A stretch of 24,870 nucleotides of DNA from a virus. Taxonomy: Duplodnaviria; Caudoviricetes. The notes beneath the pieces were generated by a model. That model was not told the DNA's origin. It saw only the letters and a program-made list of their open reading frames with translations, and made no database searches. The stretch spans positions 1-24,870 of the IMG/VR virus record IMGVR_UViG_3300049164_000065; one strand, given 5' to 3'. This document shows positions 16,868-24,852 of the stretch, in pieces. A program made the translations under genes and the position numbers. Numbering within the stretch: position 1 is the stretch's first letter; every line of letters begins with the position of its first letter.

Positions 16868-17794
16868 GTGGGCATCCGCGACCAGCTGGGCAAGGACCTG
16901 GACACGCTTGAGGCGTCGGCCGGAGGCCTTCAGACCGTCACCGCCGACGTCATCGACGTCACCGAGGACGGCAAGGTCAACCTGCGGATGCAGGGCGCGG
17001 ACTTCTACGGCGTCGCCTGCACGGACGCCTACCGCAACCGCAAGGCCGGGGACACCGTGGCCGTGCGCCGCGGCACCGTCCCCGTCGTCCTGTGGCGGCT
17101 CGGCGACGACCCCGCGGAGACCGAGCAGGCAGAGGTCGAGAAGATCGCCCAGCAGGCCGCCCGTGACATTCAGGTGGTGCGGGCGGCCACCTACGGCACC
17201 GGCGCCCCCGCAGGATCCGGCTGGCAGGCCGCCTCCGCGGTCTACGTCCGCAAGGTGGACGGCCGCCTGGAGCTGTACTTCCAGGTCGCTTCCGACGCCG
17301 ACCCGTCCCCGGGCACCCCGGCCGTGCCCGCCCCGAAACCGGTCACCATCAGCCCGACCGCGTCGGGCACCTGGCGCGGCGGCCGCCCCGACGACTACGC
17401 GGCCGCGCCGATGCAGGGCGACTGGACCGGCAGGGGAAACAGAAGGGGCGGCTGGTTCTACGGGTCGGCGATCCAGACCGCCTGCGCGGGCAAGACGGTG
17501 GCGCGCATGACCGTGGCGTTCACCCGCAAGACCGGCTCGGGCGTCAACGGCAAGCGGCCGCTACACCTCTACTTGCACAGCCACTCCTCGCCCCCGTCGG
17601 GCCAGTTGAACCTGGGCAGCGGGCCCGAGGAGTTGCTGCGGTTGTCGGTCGGCGCGAAGGGCACGGCGACGCTTCCGCAGTCCTGGGCGGCCGCGCTGGC
17701 GTCCGGGTCCGCGAAGGGCCTGGCCATCTACGCCAGCGGCAGCAGCGACTACATGGCCGTCACCGGCGGCCGACTCACCATCACGTTCTCCTAG
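16868..17794 (+). CDS. Minor tail protein
   Basis: N-terminal OB-like segment (VTADVIDV...GDTVAV), Pro-rich linker, C-terminal beta-sandwich-like domain (SGTWRGG..PMQGDW..RRGGWFYG). Confidence 0.7.
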   Translation: MGIRDQLGKDLDTLEASAGGLQTVTADVIDVTEDGKVNLRMQGADFYGVACTDAYRNRKAGDTVAVRRGTVPVVLWRLGDDPAETEQAEVEKIAQQAARDIQVVRAATYGTGAPAGSGWQAASAVYVRKVDGRLELYFQVASDADPSPGTPAVPAPKPVTISPTASGTWRGGRPDDYAAAPMQGDWTGRGNRRGGWFYGSAIQTACAGKTVARMTVAFTRKTGSGVNGKRPLHLYLHSHSSPPSGQLNLGSGPEELLRLSVGAKGTATLPQSWAAALASGSAKGLAIYASGSSDYMAVTGGRLTITFS

Positions 17795-17804
17795 GAGCCT
17801 CATC

Positions 17805-18416
17805 TTGGCGACCATCGGATACGCCGAGCTGCCCGTTCCGGGCGGCGCGGACAGCCCCACCACACCAGGCCACCTCGCCGACCTCGCGACCGCGATCGAC
17901 CCGCACCTGGTCCACCACGTCGCCAACGTCAGCCAACGCGACCAGAAGTTTGCGGACGCCCCGCTGCACACGGCGGTGACCGCGGCCGACGGCTCCCTGT
18001 GGCTGAAGACGTCGGCGACCTCCAACACCTGGGCCACGGTCTACGCGCCGGACCCGGGGTGGCGGCCGGTGTCCCTCGCCTCCGGCTACGAGGAGGACCA
18101 GACCGTGCCCGAGGTGAAGCGCATCGGCAACCAGGTGTGGACGCGCGGCCGGATCCGCAGGACGGACGGCACGCCCATCGCCCCGAACGCGACGAAACTC
18201 GGCAACGTGCCGGGGGACTGCATCCCGAAGCAGCTCGCCACGTTCGCCGGCGGCTCCAGCATGACCGGCGACCCCATCGTCGGCGTCGCCCGTTTCGAGG
18301 TCTACAGCCCGCTCAACACCCAGCAGACACCCGGCTCGCTGATGCTCTACAGCCAGGACGCCGAGGCTTATGGCTTCACCTGGGTGGACATCTCCGGTTC
18401 CTACTGGATCGACTGA
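17805..18416 (+). CDS. Minor tail protein
   Basis: TTG start after TAGGAG. ELPVPGGADSP..PGHLADLATAID N-terminus typical of actinophage tail-tip proteins. C-terminal WRPVSL..KRIGNQVWTRGRI domain. Confidence 0.7.
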   Translation: MATIGYAELPVPGGADSPTTPGHLADLATAIDPHLVHHVANVSQRDQKFADAPLHTAVTAADGSLWLKTSATSNTWATVYAPDPGWRPVSLASGYEEDQTVPEVKRIGNQVWTRGRIRRTDGTPIAPNATKLGNVPGDCIPKQLATFAGGSSMTGDPIVGVARFEVYSPLNTQQTPGSLMLYSQDAEAYGFTWVDISGSYWID

Positions 18417-18426
18417 AAGGCCGCCC

Positions 18427-21087
18427 GTGGCGCTCTACACCTTCGGCGGCACCCCCGCCGACGTCCTCACCACCGCGACCGGCGACGTCGTCCCCGACTA
18501 CCCCCTCATCGTGCGCCGCGCCGGCACCGGCGAGCGGATCACCGCCCTGTACGAGGCGGACGGCACCACCCCGATCGCCGAGCTGCGCAGCAACCCGGCC
18601 TCACACGCTCAGCCCGGCGCCATCCGGCCCTTCAAAATCGCCGACGTCACCGAGATCGAGTTCGAGTATCTGGGCCCGGACGGGCAGCCGGTGCGCTGGT
18701 ACCAGGCCGCGCGCGAGGTCGCTGCCGAGGCCCTCGCCAAAGCGTCCGGAGCGCTGCCCACGACCGGCGGCACCCTCACCGGGAAGGTGCAGACCTCGGG
18801 CCAGGCCGGAAGCGACGTCGTCGACGCGTCGTTCGTCGCCGGCGACGCCTTCGACCGTTACCGGCGTCTGGTCAGCGGCGAGGAGGCCTGGGGCCCGGGC
18901 GACGCAGCCCGCGACGTCCGCTGGTTCCGCAGCGGCGCGAAGACGATGACTCTCACCGGCACCCTGCTGCCCGAGGCGGTATCGCTCGCCGGCAGCCGTG
19001 TCTTCAACGTGATCGGTGCTGTGGGCGACGGCGTCGCCGACGACCGCGCCGTCATCCAGGCCGCGCTGGATGCCGCACGCGACGCCGGCGGCGGCACCGT
19101 GCTGATCCCGCCCGGCCGCACCTACGGCGTCGGAACGTTCCTCGTCGCTTACGACCACACCACGATCGTCGCCCGCGGAGCGACGCTCAAAGCCATCGGC
19201 ACCGGCGCTGGCCTGCTGCGCAACTTCCTGTCCTCGGAGTCCTTCAGCGGCTACAGCGGGCACTCCCACATCACCGTCATCGGCGGCGTCTGGGACGGCA
19301 ACGCCAGCGACGGATCCACCGGCACGGTCACCGCGACGACGAACGTACTGGGCTGGGTGCACGCCTCGGACATCACCGTCCGAGACGCCACCATCCGCAA
19401 CGTCTCCAGCGCGCACGCCTGCGAGTTCAACAGCATCAACGGCGGGCGGGTCATCAACTGCCGCTTCGAGGGCTACCGCGACAACAGCGGCACCAACACC
19501 CGCCAGTTCAGCGAGGCCGTGCAGATCGATCTGGCCAAGTCCGGCAGCTCCAGCATCGGCGCGTTCGACAACACGCCCAGCAAGAACATCGTCGTGCTCG
19601 GCTGCTACTTCGGCCCGTCCAGCAGGCTCGGCGCCCACGGCCGGGCGGTCGGCTCCCACACCCTGGCCGCGGGCGTCACCTACGACAACATCCAGATCAT
19701 CGGCAACCGCGTCGACGGCGCCCTCCAAGAGGGCATCCACGCCTTCGGCTGGAAGCGCGCCGTCATCGCGGACAACATCATCACCGGCACGGGCAAGGCC
19801 GGAATCCTGGCGACGATGACCGATCCGGCGACCACATCCGTCGCCCCGCACGGCCTGTCCGTCACCGGCAACATCGTCGAGTCCGCCGGCGACGACTCCG
19901 GCATACGCGCCATCGCCTACGCCGCCTACAAGTACCCGGGCGTCAACATCGCCAACAACGTGGTCCGATCGGTCACCGGCAACGGCATCCATGCCGAGCA
20001 CTGCGACCGGCCGAACATCACGGGCAACCGCGTGGAGTCCACCAGCAGCACGGGCATCTACGCCCACTACAGCGACGGCGCCACCCTCGCCGGGAACACC
20101 TGCCGCTCGGCGGGCAGCAACGCCCTGAACGTCTCCGGCACGGTCGGCGCGAGCCTGACCGGCAACCTGGTGGACGGCACCAGCAGCAACTTCGGCATCT
20201 TCATCGGCCAGGGCTCGGACGGCTCGACGAACAGCCGCGACGCCCTCATTGTCGGCAACCAGATCACCGCGCCCGCCAGTTCCGGCATCCGGCTGTCGAC
20301 GAACGCCACCGGCTGTCTCGTCACCGGCAACAAGGTCCGCAAGGACGGCGGAGCAGCCACGAGCGCCCTGTCGATGGCGGCCTCGGCCACCGGCTGCTCG
20401 GTGCTCAGCAACGACTTCAGCGGCAACGGCTGGGGCGCCGCTGCGGCCATGAGCGTGTCGACGGCCGCGCCCACCACAGGCCAGGGCGGCATGACCGCGC
20501 TGCCCGGATCCAACGCGGTCGACGGGGACCTGACGCCCGTCCCTGCGCTTGAGGCGGGCATGTCCCCGTCGGACCGGTACGAGACGACCAGCCGCCTGCG
20601 CTGCGGCACGGCGTCCACCCCGGTCAGCGGCGCCCTGTACCTGGTGCCGATCTGGCTGCCCAAGGGCCTGACCATATCCAGCATCTCGTTCACCTCGGGC
20701 GGCACCGCGGCCGCGTCACCGACCAACCAGTGGTTCACCGTGCACAACGCCAGCAGGGTGGCGCTGGCGCGCACGGCGGACGCCACGACGGCGGCCTGGG
20801 CGGCGAACACGACCAAAACCTTGGCCATCGCCCAGACCACCGCGGGCGCGGCGACCTCGTACACCACGACCTACAGCGGCCTGCACTACCTGGGCGTCAT
20901 GGTCGCCGCCACCACCATGCCGAACCTGGTGGGCGAGGGATCCCTGCCCGCCGGCGTCGCCAACGCCTCCCCGGGCTTCGGGCCGACGAACAGCGGCCAA
21001 ACCACCCCGCCCACCGTGACCGGCGGCGCTTTCACCGCGGCGGCATTCGCCGGCGCCGGGATCCTCGCCTACGGCTACACCGGCTGA
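18427..21087 (+). CDS. Tailspike / receptor-binding protein with a pectate-lyase-like right-handed beta-helix
   Basis: GTG 18427 after GAAAGG. FNVIGAVGDGVADDRAVIQAALDAA..GGGTVLIPPGRTY (Pectate_lyase_3-type cap), many parallel beta-helix rungs (ITGNRV, IADNII, LTGNLV, VTGNKV) and a separate C-terminal domain. Confidence 0.85.
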   Translation: MALYTFGGTPADVLTTATGDVVPDYPLIVRRAGTGERITALYEADGTTPIAELRSNPASHAQPGAIRPFKIADVTEIEFEYLGPDGQPVRWYQAAREVAAEALAKASGALPTTGGTLTGKVQTSGQAGSDVVDASFVAGDAFDRYRRLVSGEEAWGPGDAARDVRWFRSGAKTMTLTGTLLPEAVSLAGSRVFNVIGAVGDGVADDRAVIQAALDAARDAGGGTVLIPPGRTYGVGTFLVAYDHTTIVARGATLKAIGTGAGLLRNFLSSESFSGYSGHSHITVIGGVWDGNASDGSTGTVTATTNVLGWVHASDITVRDATIRNVSSAHACEFNSINGGRVINCRFEGYRDNSGTNTRQFSEAVQIDLAKSGSSSIGAFDNTPSKNIVVLGCYFGPSSRLGAHGRAVGSHTLAAGVTYDNIQIIGNRVDGALQEGIHAFGWKRAVIADNIITGTGKAGILATMTDPATTSVAPHGLSVTGNIVESAGDDSGIRAIAYAAYKYPGVNIANNVVRSVTGNGIHAEHCDRPNITGNRVESTSSTGIYAHYSDGATLAGNTCRSAGSNALNVSGTVGASLTGNLVDGTSSNFGIFIGQGSDGSTNSRDALIVGNQITAPASSGIRLSTNATGCLVTGNKVRKDGGAATSALSMAASATGCSVLSNDFSGNGWGAAAAMSVSTAAPTTGQGGMTALPGSNAVDGDLTPVPALEAGMSPSDRYETTSRLRCGTASTPVSGALYLVPIWLPKGLTISSISFTSGGTAAASPTNQWFTVHNASRVALARTADATTAAWAANTTKTLAIAQTTAGAATSYTTTYSGLHYLGVMVAATTMPNLVGEGSLPAGVANASPGFGPTNSGQTTPPTVTGGAFTAAAFAGAGILAYGYTG

Positions 21088-21104
21088 CCGTCCGTTCACT
21101 TCAC

Positions 21105-21137
21105 GCCCCGCTCCCATCGGTCGGGGCCTTTCTCATG
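21105..21137 (+). terminator. Terminator-like hairpin between the tail and lysis modules
   Basis: GCCCCG (21105-21110) pairs with CGGGGC (21122-21127), followed by CTTTCTCATG. Confidence 0.5.
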
Positions 21138-21149
21138 TCTGGAGGCCTC

Positions 21150-21899
21150 ATGGCCACACCGCTGTCCCCATCGAGACTGGTGGAGATCCTCCGCGCCGAG
21201 GGACTGACCGTTCACGAGGTCCGCTCGTGGCGCACCCACAACCGCAACAGCAAGGGCCCGTGGGGGCCGGTGAACGGGGTGATGATCCACCACACCGTGA
21301 CCTCCGGCACCGCGGCCTCTGTCCGCATCTGTTACGACGGGTACGCGGGCCTGCCCGGGCCGCTGTGCCACGGCGTCATCGACAAGAAGGGCCACGTCCA
21401 CCTCGTCGGCAACGGCCGCGCCAACCACGCGGGAAGCGGCGACAGCGACGTCCTGCGCGCCGTTGTCGGCGAGCGCTCCCTGCCCGCCGACAACGAGACG
21501 GACACCGACGGCAACCGGCACTTCTACGGCTTCGAGGCCATCAACATGGGCGACGGCAGGGACCCGTGGCCGAAGGAGCAGCTGGAGGCCATCGAGAAGG
21601 TCTCTGCCGCGATCTGCCGTCACCACGGTTGGACGGAGCGGTCCGTCATCGGCCACAAGGAGTGGCAGCCGGGCAAGGTGGACCCTCGCGGATTCGGCAT
21701 GGAATGGATGCGCGGGCAGATCCGTGACCGGCTCAAGCCCACCGTCGTCTACACCGTCACCAAGGGCGACACCCTCTGGTCTATCGCGGCCTCCAAGCTC
21801 GGCGACGGCAACCGCTGGCGGGAGATCGCCAGCCTCAACAAGCTCCGGGACGCCGACGCGATCACGCCCGGTCAGAAGCTGACCCTGCCCAAGAAGTGA
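21150..21899 (+). CDS. Endolysin: N-acetylmuramoyl-L-alanine amidase (Amidase_2) with a C-terminal LysM domain
   Basis: ATG 21150 after GGAGG. GVMIHHT, RANHAG, YGFEAIN and VIGHKEW..GKVDP Zn-amidase motifs. YTVTKGDTLWSIA...IASLNKL....ITPGQKLTLP is a LysM. Confidence 0.95.
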   Translation: MATPLSPSRLVEILRAEGLTVHEVRSWRTHNRNSKGPWGPVNGVMIHHTVTSGTAASVRICYDGYAGLPGPLCHGVIDKKGHVHLVGNGRANHAGSGDSDVLRAVVGERSLPADNETDTDGNRHFYGFEAINMGDGRDPWPKEQLEAIEKVSAAICRHHGWTERSVIGHKEWQPGKVDPRGFGMEWMRGQIRDRLKPTVVYTVTKGDTLWSIAASKLGDGNRWREIASLNKLRDADAITPGQKLTLPKK

Positions 21900-21907
21900 G
21901 GACCTCC

Positions 21908-22108
21908 ATGAGAATCTCCCCCATCGCCAAGGCGATCGTGTCCGGCATCGCCGCCGGATCCGCGGCGGCCGTCACCGCCGCGCAGGACAGTGTCATCACC
22001 ACGGGCGAGGGCGTCACCATCGCCCTGGCCGTCCTCGGCGCCTGGGGCATCACCTGGGCCGTGCCCAACCGTCCGACTCAGACCCGCTCTCTGCCGCGCG
22101 ACCTGTAG
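21908..22108 (+). CDS. Putative holin
   Basis: Small hydrophobic protein right after the endolysin. AKAIV...ALAVLGAWGITWAVPN pattern of actinophage holins. Alternative GTG start at 21896. Confidence 0.7.
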   Translation: MRISPIAKAIVSGIAAGSAAAVTAAQDSVITTGEGVTIALAVLGAWGITWAVPNRPTQTRSLPRDL

Positions 22109-22117
22109 GGAGCCACC

Positions 22118-22384
22118 TTGGACGCCACCACCCTCGGCTCCCTGCTTGTGGGCGTGGGCGCGGTCGTCGGCGGCGTGGTGGCGTACCTCGGCAAGCGGGG
22201 AGAGAACGCAACCACCCGCATGAACTCGGAGCTTGACCAGATCCAGGAAGAGCGCGACAAGCTGCGCGAGCAGCTCACCGCCCGGGACCAAAAGATCGAG
22301 GGACTCCTCGAACAGCGCGTCGCCGACCAGGTGGAGATCGCCCGCCTCCGCGTGAAAGTCGTCAACTTGGGAGGCGATCCGTGA
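22118..22384 (+). CDS. Membrane protein (one N-terminal TM helix plus coiled coil) in the lysis cassette
   Basis: TTG start after [27 protein letters not shown] hydrophobic helix followed by a heptad-rich charged region. Confidence 0.75.
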   Translation: MDATTLGSLLVGVGAVVGGVVAYLGKRGENATTRMNSELDQIQEERDKLREQLTARDQKIEGLLEQRVADQVEIARLRVKVVNLGGDP

Positions 22385-23103
22385 CCCGTGCAGAAAAGGC
22401 CCTTGCCCGCCGCTGGCGCCCGCTGGCGCTGCTGTGCTGGCTGGTCGCCCTGTCCGGCGCGGTCGTCATCATCTGGAGCCGCATCGACGCTGAGACGACC
22501 GCACGACAGGAGGCTGTCGCCGAGGCGAACCGCAGAGGCGAGGCCGTCTCCACCCTCGCGACCGACGTCCGCCAGCTGCGGGAGCAGGTGAAGGGCGAGG
22601 GCGAGACACCCGTCGCACCTGACCCGTCCGAGGCAGTGGACGATCTGCCCGAGCGGGCCGAGGTGCCCGTACCGATCCCCGGCGAGAAGGGCGACCCCGG
22701 CAGGCCGGGCCGGGACGGCTCACCGGGAGCCGAGGGAGAGCCCGGCCAAGACGGGGCACCGGGCACACCGGGCCAGGACGGCACGCCTGGCGAGAACGGC
22801 GAACCGGGCGCGGACGGCGAACCCGGGGAGGATGGCGCCCCGGGCGCGGACGGCGCACAGGGGCCAGCCGGACCGGAGGGACCACAGGGACCGCCTGGCC
22901 AGCAGGGACCGCAGGGCGAGCAGGGACCCCGCGGCGAGCAAGGGCCGCCCGGCCCGGACTGCCCCGACGGCTACTCGCTCCAGGCCCCGAACTGGGATCC
23001 GGATGCGCTCGTGTGCCGCCGTGACGGCGCACCACAGCCGAGCCCCGGCGACGGAGGCCTGCTCTCCCTCGCCCTCGATCCTTACCGCCGCCAGTACCCA
23101 TGA
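22381..23103 (+). CDS. Membrane-anchored collagen-like protein
   Basis: Basic N-terminus, TM helix ([18 protein letters not shown]), coiled coil, 31 uninterrupted Gly-X-Y triplets, C-terminal CPDGY...ALVC. GTGA overlap with the upstream gene. Confidence 0.88.
   Translation: MTRAEKALARRWRPLALLCWLVALSGAVVIIWSRIDAETTARQEAVAEANRRGEAVSTLATDVRQLREQVKGEGETPVAPDPSEAVDDLPERAEVPVPIPGEKGDPGRPGRDGSPGAEGEPGQDGAPGTPGQDGTPGENGEPGADGEPGEDGAPGADGAQGPAGPEGPQGPPGQQGPQGEQGPRGEQGPPGPDCPDGYSLQAPNWDPDALVCRRDGAPQPSPGDGGLLSLALDPYRRQYP
22681..22959 (+). repeat. Collagen Gly-X-Y repeat (31 triplets)
   Basis: GEKGDPGRP...GEQGPPGPD counted directly from the translation. Confidence 0.95.
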
Positions 23104-23105
23104 CG

Positions 23106-23146
23106 AACGCCCCCTGCACGGCCACCACGGCCGTGCAGGGGGCGTT
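23106..23146. terminator. Bidirectional intrinsic terminator between convergent genes
   Basis: Perfect 18-bp inverted repeat AACGCCCCCTGCACGGCC-ACCAC-GGCCGTGCAGGGGGCGTT between the stops at 23103 (+) and 23162 (-). Confidence 0.88.
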
Positions 23147-23161
23147 TCGTCGTGCCCGGAG

Positions 23162-23932
23162 TCAGTCGTCGAGGTCGATACGGAAGTCCACCACCGTCGT
23201 GTCGCCCCTCCGGACGATCGGGTGGGCGACCTCGACAACGCGGCCGGTGTCGGCGATGTGCCTGCGGGTGTACCGGAGCACGGGCACGCCGGCGCCGATC
23301 CGGAGTGTGGCCGCCTCCAGCTCGGTCGGCATGGCCGCCGTGAAACTCTCGGTGATCGTGGTGACGCGGATGCCGAGGCTTCCCAACTGGGCGCGGGTGC
23401 CGCCCGGCCAGGGCTCGTTGATGGGATCGGCGACTGGGGTATCGGCGACGTCAGCCCATCGCAGGTAGCTGGTGGACATCTGGGTGGGCTGGTCGTTGTC
23501 GTAGAACACGAAATGCCGGGCCAACAGTTCCTCGCCCGGCTCGGCCTCGAACAGCGCGGCAATCTCGATGTCGGCCTCGATCCGCTCGAACCGCTTATCC
23601 AGCCGGTACTCGGTCCACCCGATGCCCTGGTCACGGGTGAACGGCGTAGACCGGTCGCCGCCCACCCTTCGGTACCGGTCGGCCGCGAGGCGATGAACCG
23701 GAGGCCGCGCCCGCACACGAGTGCCAGCACGGGCCCGACTCTCGATGAGGCCCTCGCTACGCAGCAGGCCGAGCGCGTTCCGGACCGTGGGCTCCGACAC
23801 GCTGTAAGCCCTGGCAAGTTCGGGCAGCGTCGGCAGCCGGTCGCCTTCCTGGTATCCCTCGGCGCCAGCCAGGATGCGCTCGCGCAACTCGCGCGCGATC
23901 CGCACATATCCGGCCTGATCATTGCGCGCCAC
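23162..23932 (-). CDS. GntR-family transcriptional regulator, HutC subfamily (wHTH + UTRA)
   Basis: YVRIARELRERI..YQEGDRLPTLPELARAYSVSEPTVRNALGLLRSEGLIESRARAGTRV wHTH. UTRA-like C-terminus (ITESFTAAMPTELEAATLRIGAGVPVL..GRVVEV). GTG 23932 has a GGAAGGGG SD. Confidence 0.93.
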   Translation of the reverse strand: MARNDQAGYVRIARELRERILAGAEGYQEGDRLPTLPELARAYSVSEPTVRNALGLLRSEGLIESRARAGTRVRARPPVHRLAADRYRRVGGDRSTPFTRDQGIGWTEYRLDKRFERIEADIEIAALFEAEPGEELLARHFVFYDNDQPTQMSTSYLRWADVADTPVADPINEPWPGGTRAQLGSLGIRVTTITESFTAAMPTELEAATLRIGAGVPVLRYTRRHIADTGRVVEVAHPIVRRGDTTVVDFRIDLDD

Positions 23933-23992
23933 CGTGCCGCCCCTTCCGGGTGATCGCCGCCTTTTCTGATGACACATATTGCACGGACCCGC

Positions 23993-24021
23993 TTGACCTG
24001 CGCCAACCCCAGGGCCAATCT
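23993..24021 (+). promoter_or_regulatory. Putative sigma70/HrdB-type promoter for the rightward accessory operon
   Basis: TTGACC (23993-23998), 17-nt spacer, CAATCT (24016-24021), in an AT-enriched divergent intergenic region. Confidence 0.5.
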
Positions 24022-24070
24022 GTAATCACAAAATCCGTATCAGTAATCGGAAACGGACCGGGGGACCGTC

Positions 24071-24409
24071 ATGCCCGAGTCGGGTCGTTCGTGGCAGAAG
24101 CCTTTCAAGGCCGAGCCGATCGAGGCGCGTCACGTCCGCCTGTGGGTCGCGGGCCGCGTCCGGCATCCCGACGCCCCCATGGTCGCGCACGAGCTGTACG
24201 TGGCGATCCTCAGTTCGGGCGCCCCCGCCGTGGAGGTGACCCTGTCGACAGCAGGGACACGCGTGCGCATCACGGCGCTCGGGCCGGACCCGCTCCCCCT
24301 CCTCTACAGCCACGGGCCCGGCTGGCAGATCATCACCGGCCTCGCCGACACTGCCGGCCTCACCACCGACGAGTGCGGGCTGTGGGCGCAGTTAGGGACG
24401 AGCCAGTGA
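24071..24409 (+). CDS. Degenerate HATPase_c / RsbW-like (anti-sigma fold) small protein containing a TTA codon
   Basis: Spacing of F.AEP..AR..R, VAHEL, VEVTL...RVRITA, HGPGW.II..LA and LWAQL follows Streptomyces small ATP-binding proteins, but the N-box Asn and G1 Asp are absent. In-frame TTA at 24392-24394. Confidence 0.65.
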   Translation: MPESGRSWQKPFKAEPIEARHVRLWVAGRVRHPDAPMVAHELYVAILSSGAPAVEVTLSTAGTRVRITALGPDPLPLLYSHGPGWQIITGLADTAGLTTDECGLWAQLGTSQ

Positions 24410-24462
24410 CCAGGGCCCCGGGAAACCGCCGCCGCCGACCAGCACACCAAGAGGGACAGCAG

Positions 24463-24852
24463 ATGAGCAGCACACAGACCGAGTTCACACCCATAGAGCT
24501 GGCGCTGGGGCTCCTGGAGCTTCCCAGCCTCGACGGCCTCACCGAGGAGCAGGTGCGCGGCTTTACGTGCATCTGGGACAGCGGTGAGAAGCCCCTCGCC
24601 GAGGCGGACGCCGTCACCCTCGGGCCACGTCGCAAGAAGCGGTTGGACGGCGAGTACGAAGTGCACCCGCGCGGCTGCCCCGAGCACGTGGCGCACGCGG
24701 CCTACGAGGCGTTGTTCCGCCACTGCATGGAGGAGTGCGAGCAGTGCGGCCGGCCCGAAAAGAAGACCGAGGACGCAGTCGAGCAGGAGACCTCCTGCGA
24801 GATCGGTGTCGCCCTGCGCCGCCTGGTCATCCGGAAGGGGCGGCTGTGGTGA
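24463..24852 (+). CDS. Cys/His-rich hypothetical protein (putative Zn-binding)
   Basis: ATG 24463 after GAGGGA. LPSLDGL..EQVRG..CIWD, PRGCPEH, HC..ECEQC and SCEIG motifs. The 300-aa ORF in the track is over-extended upstream. Confidence 0.7.
   Translation: MSSTQTEFTPIELALGLLELPSLDGLTEEQVRGFTCIWDSGEKPLAEADAVTLGPRRKKRLDGEYEVHPRGCPEHVAHAAYEALFRHCMEECEQCGRPEKKTEDAVEQETSCEIGVALRRLVIRKGRLW

Noticed and set aside
18427-21087. Diversity-generating retroelement target in the tail fibre
   Set aside because: I saw no template/variable repeat pair differing at adenines and no reverse transcriptase in the window.
20730-21149. Apparent 140-aa N-terminal extension of the endolysin
   Set aside because: It overlaps the tailspike in another frame and crosses a terminator-like hairpin. 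ATG 21150 has a clear GGAGG SD.
22832-23953. 373-aa + strand ORF spanning the terminator and gntR, and the 122-aa ORF at 23100-23468
   Set aside because: They run through a perfect 18-bp terminator hairpin and antisense to a clear GntR gene, with no protein motifs.
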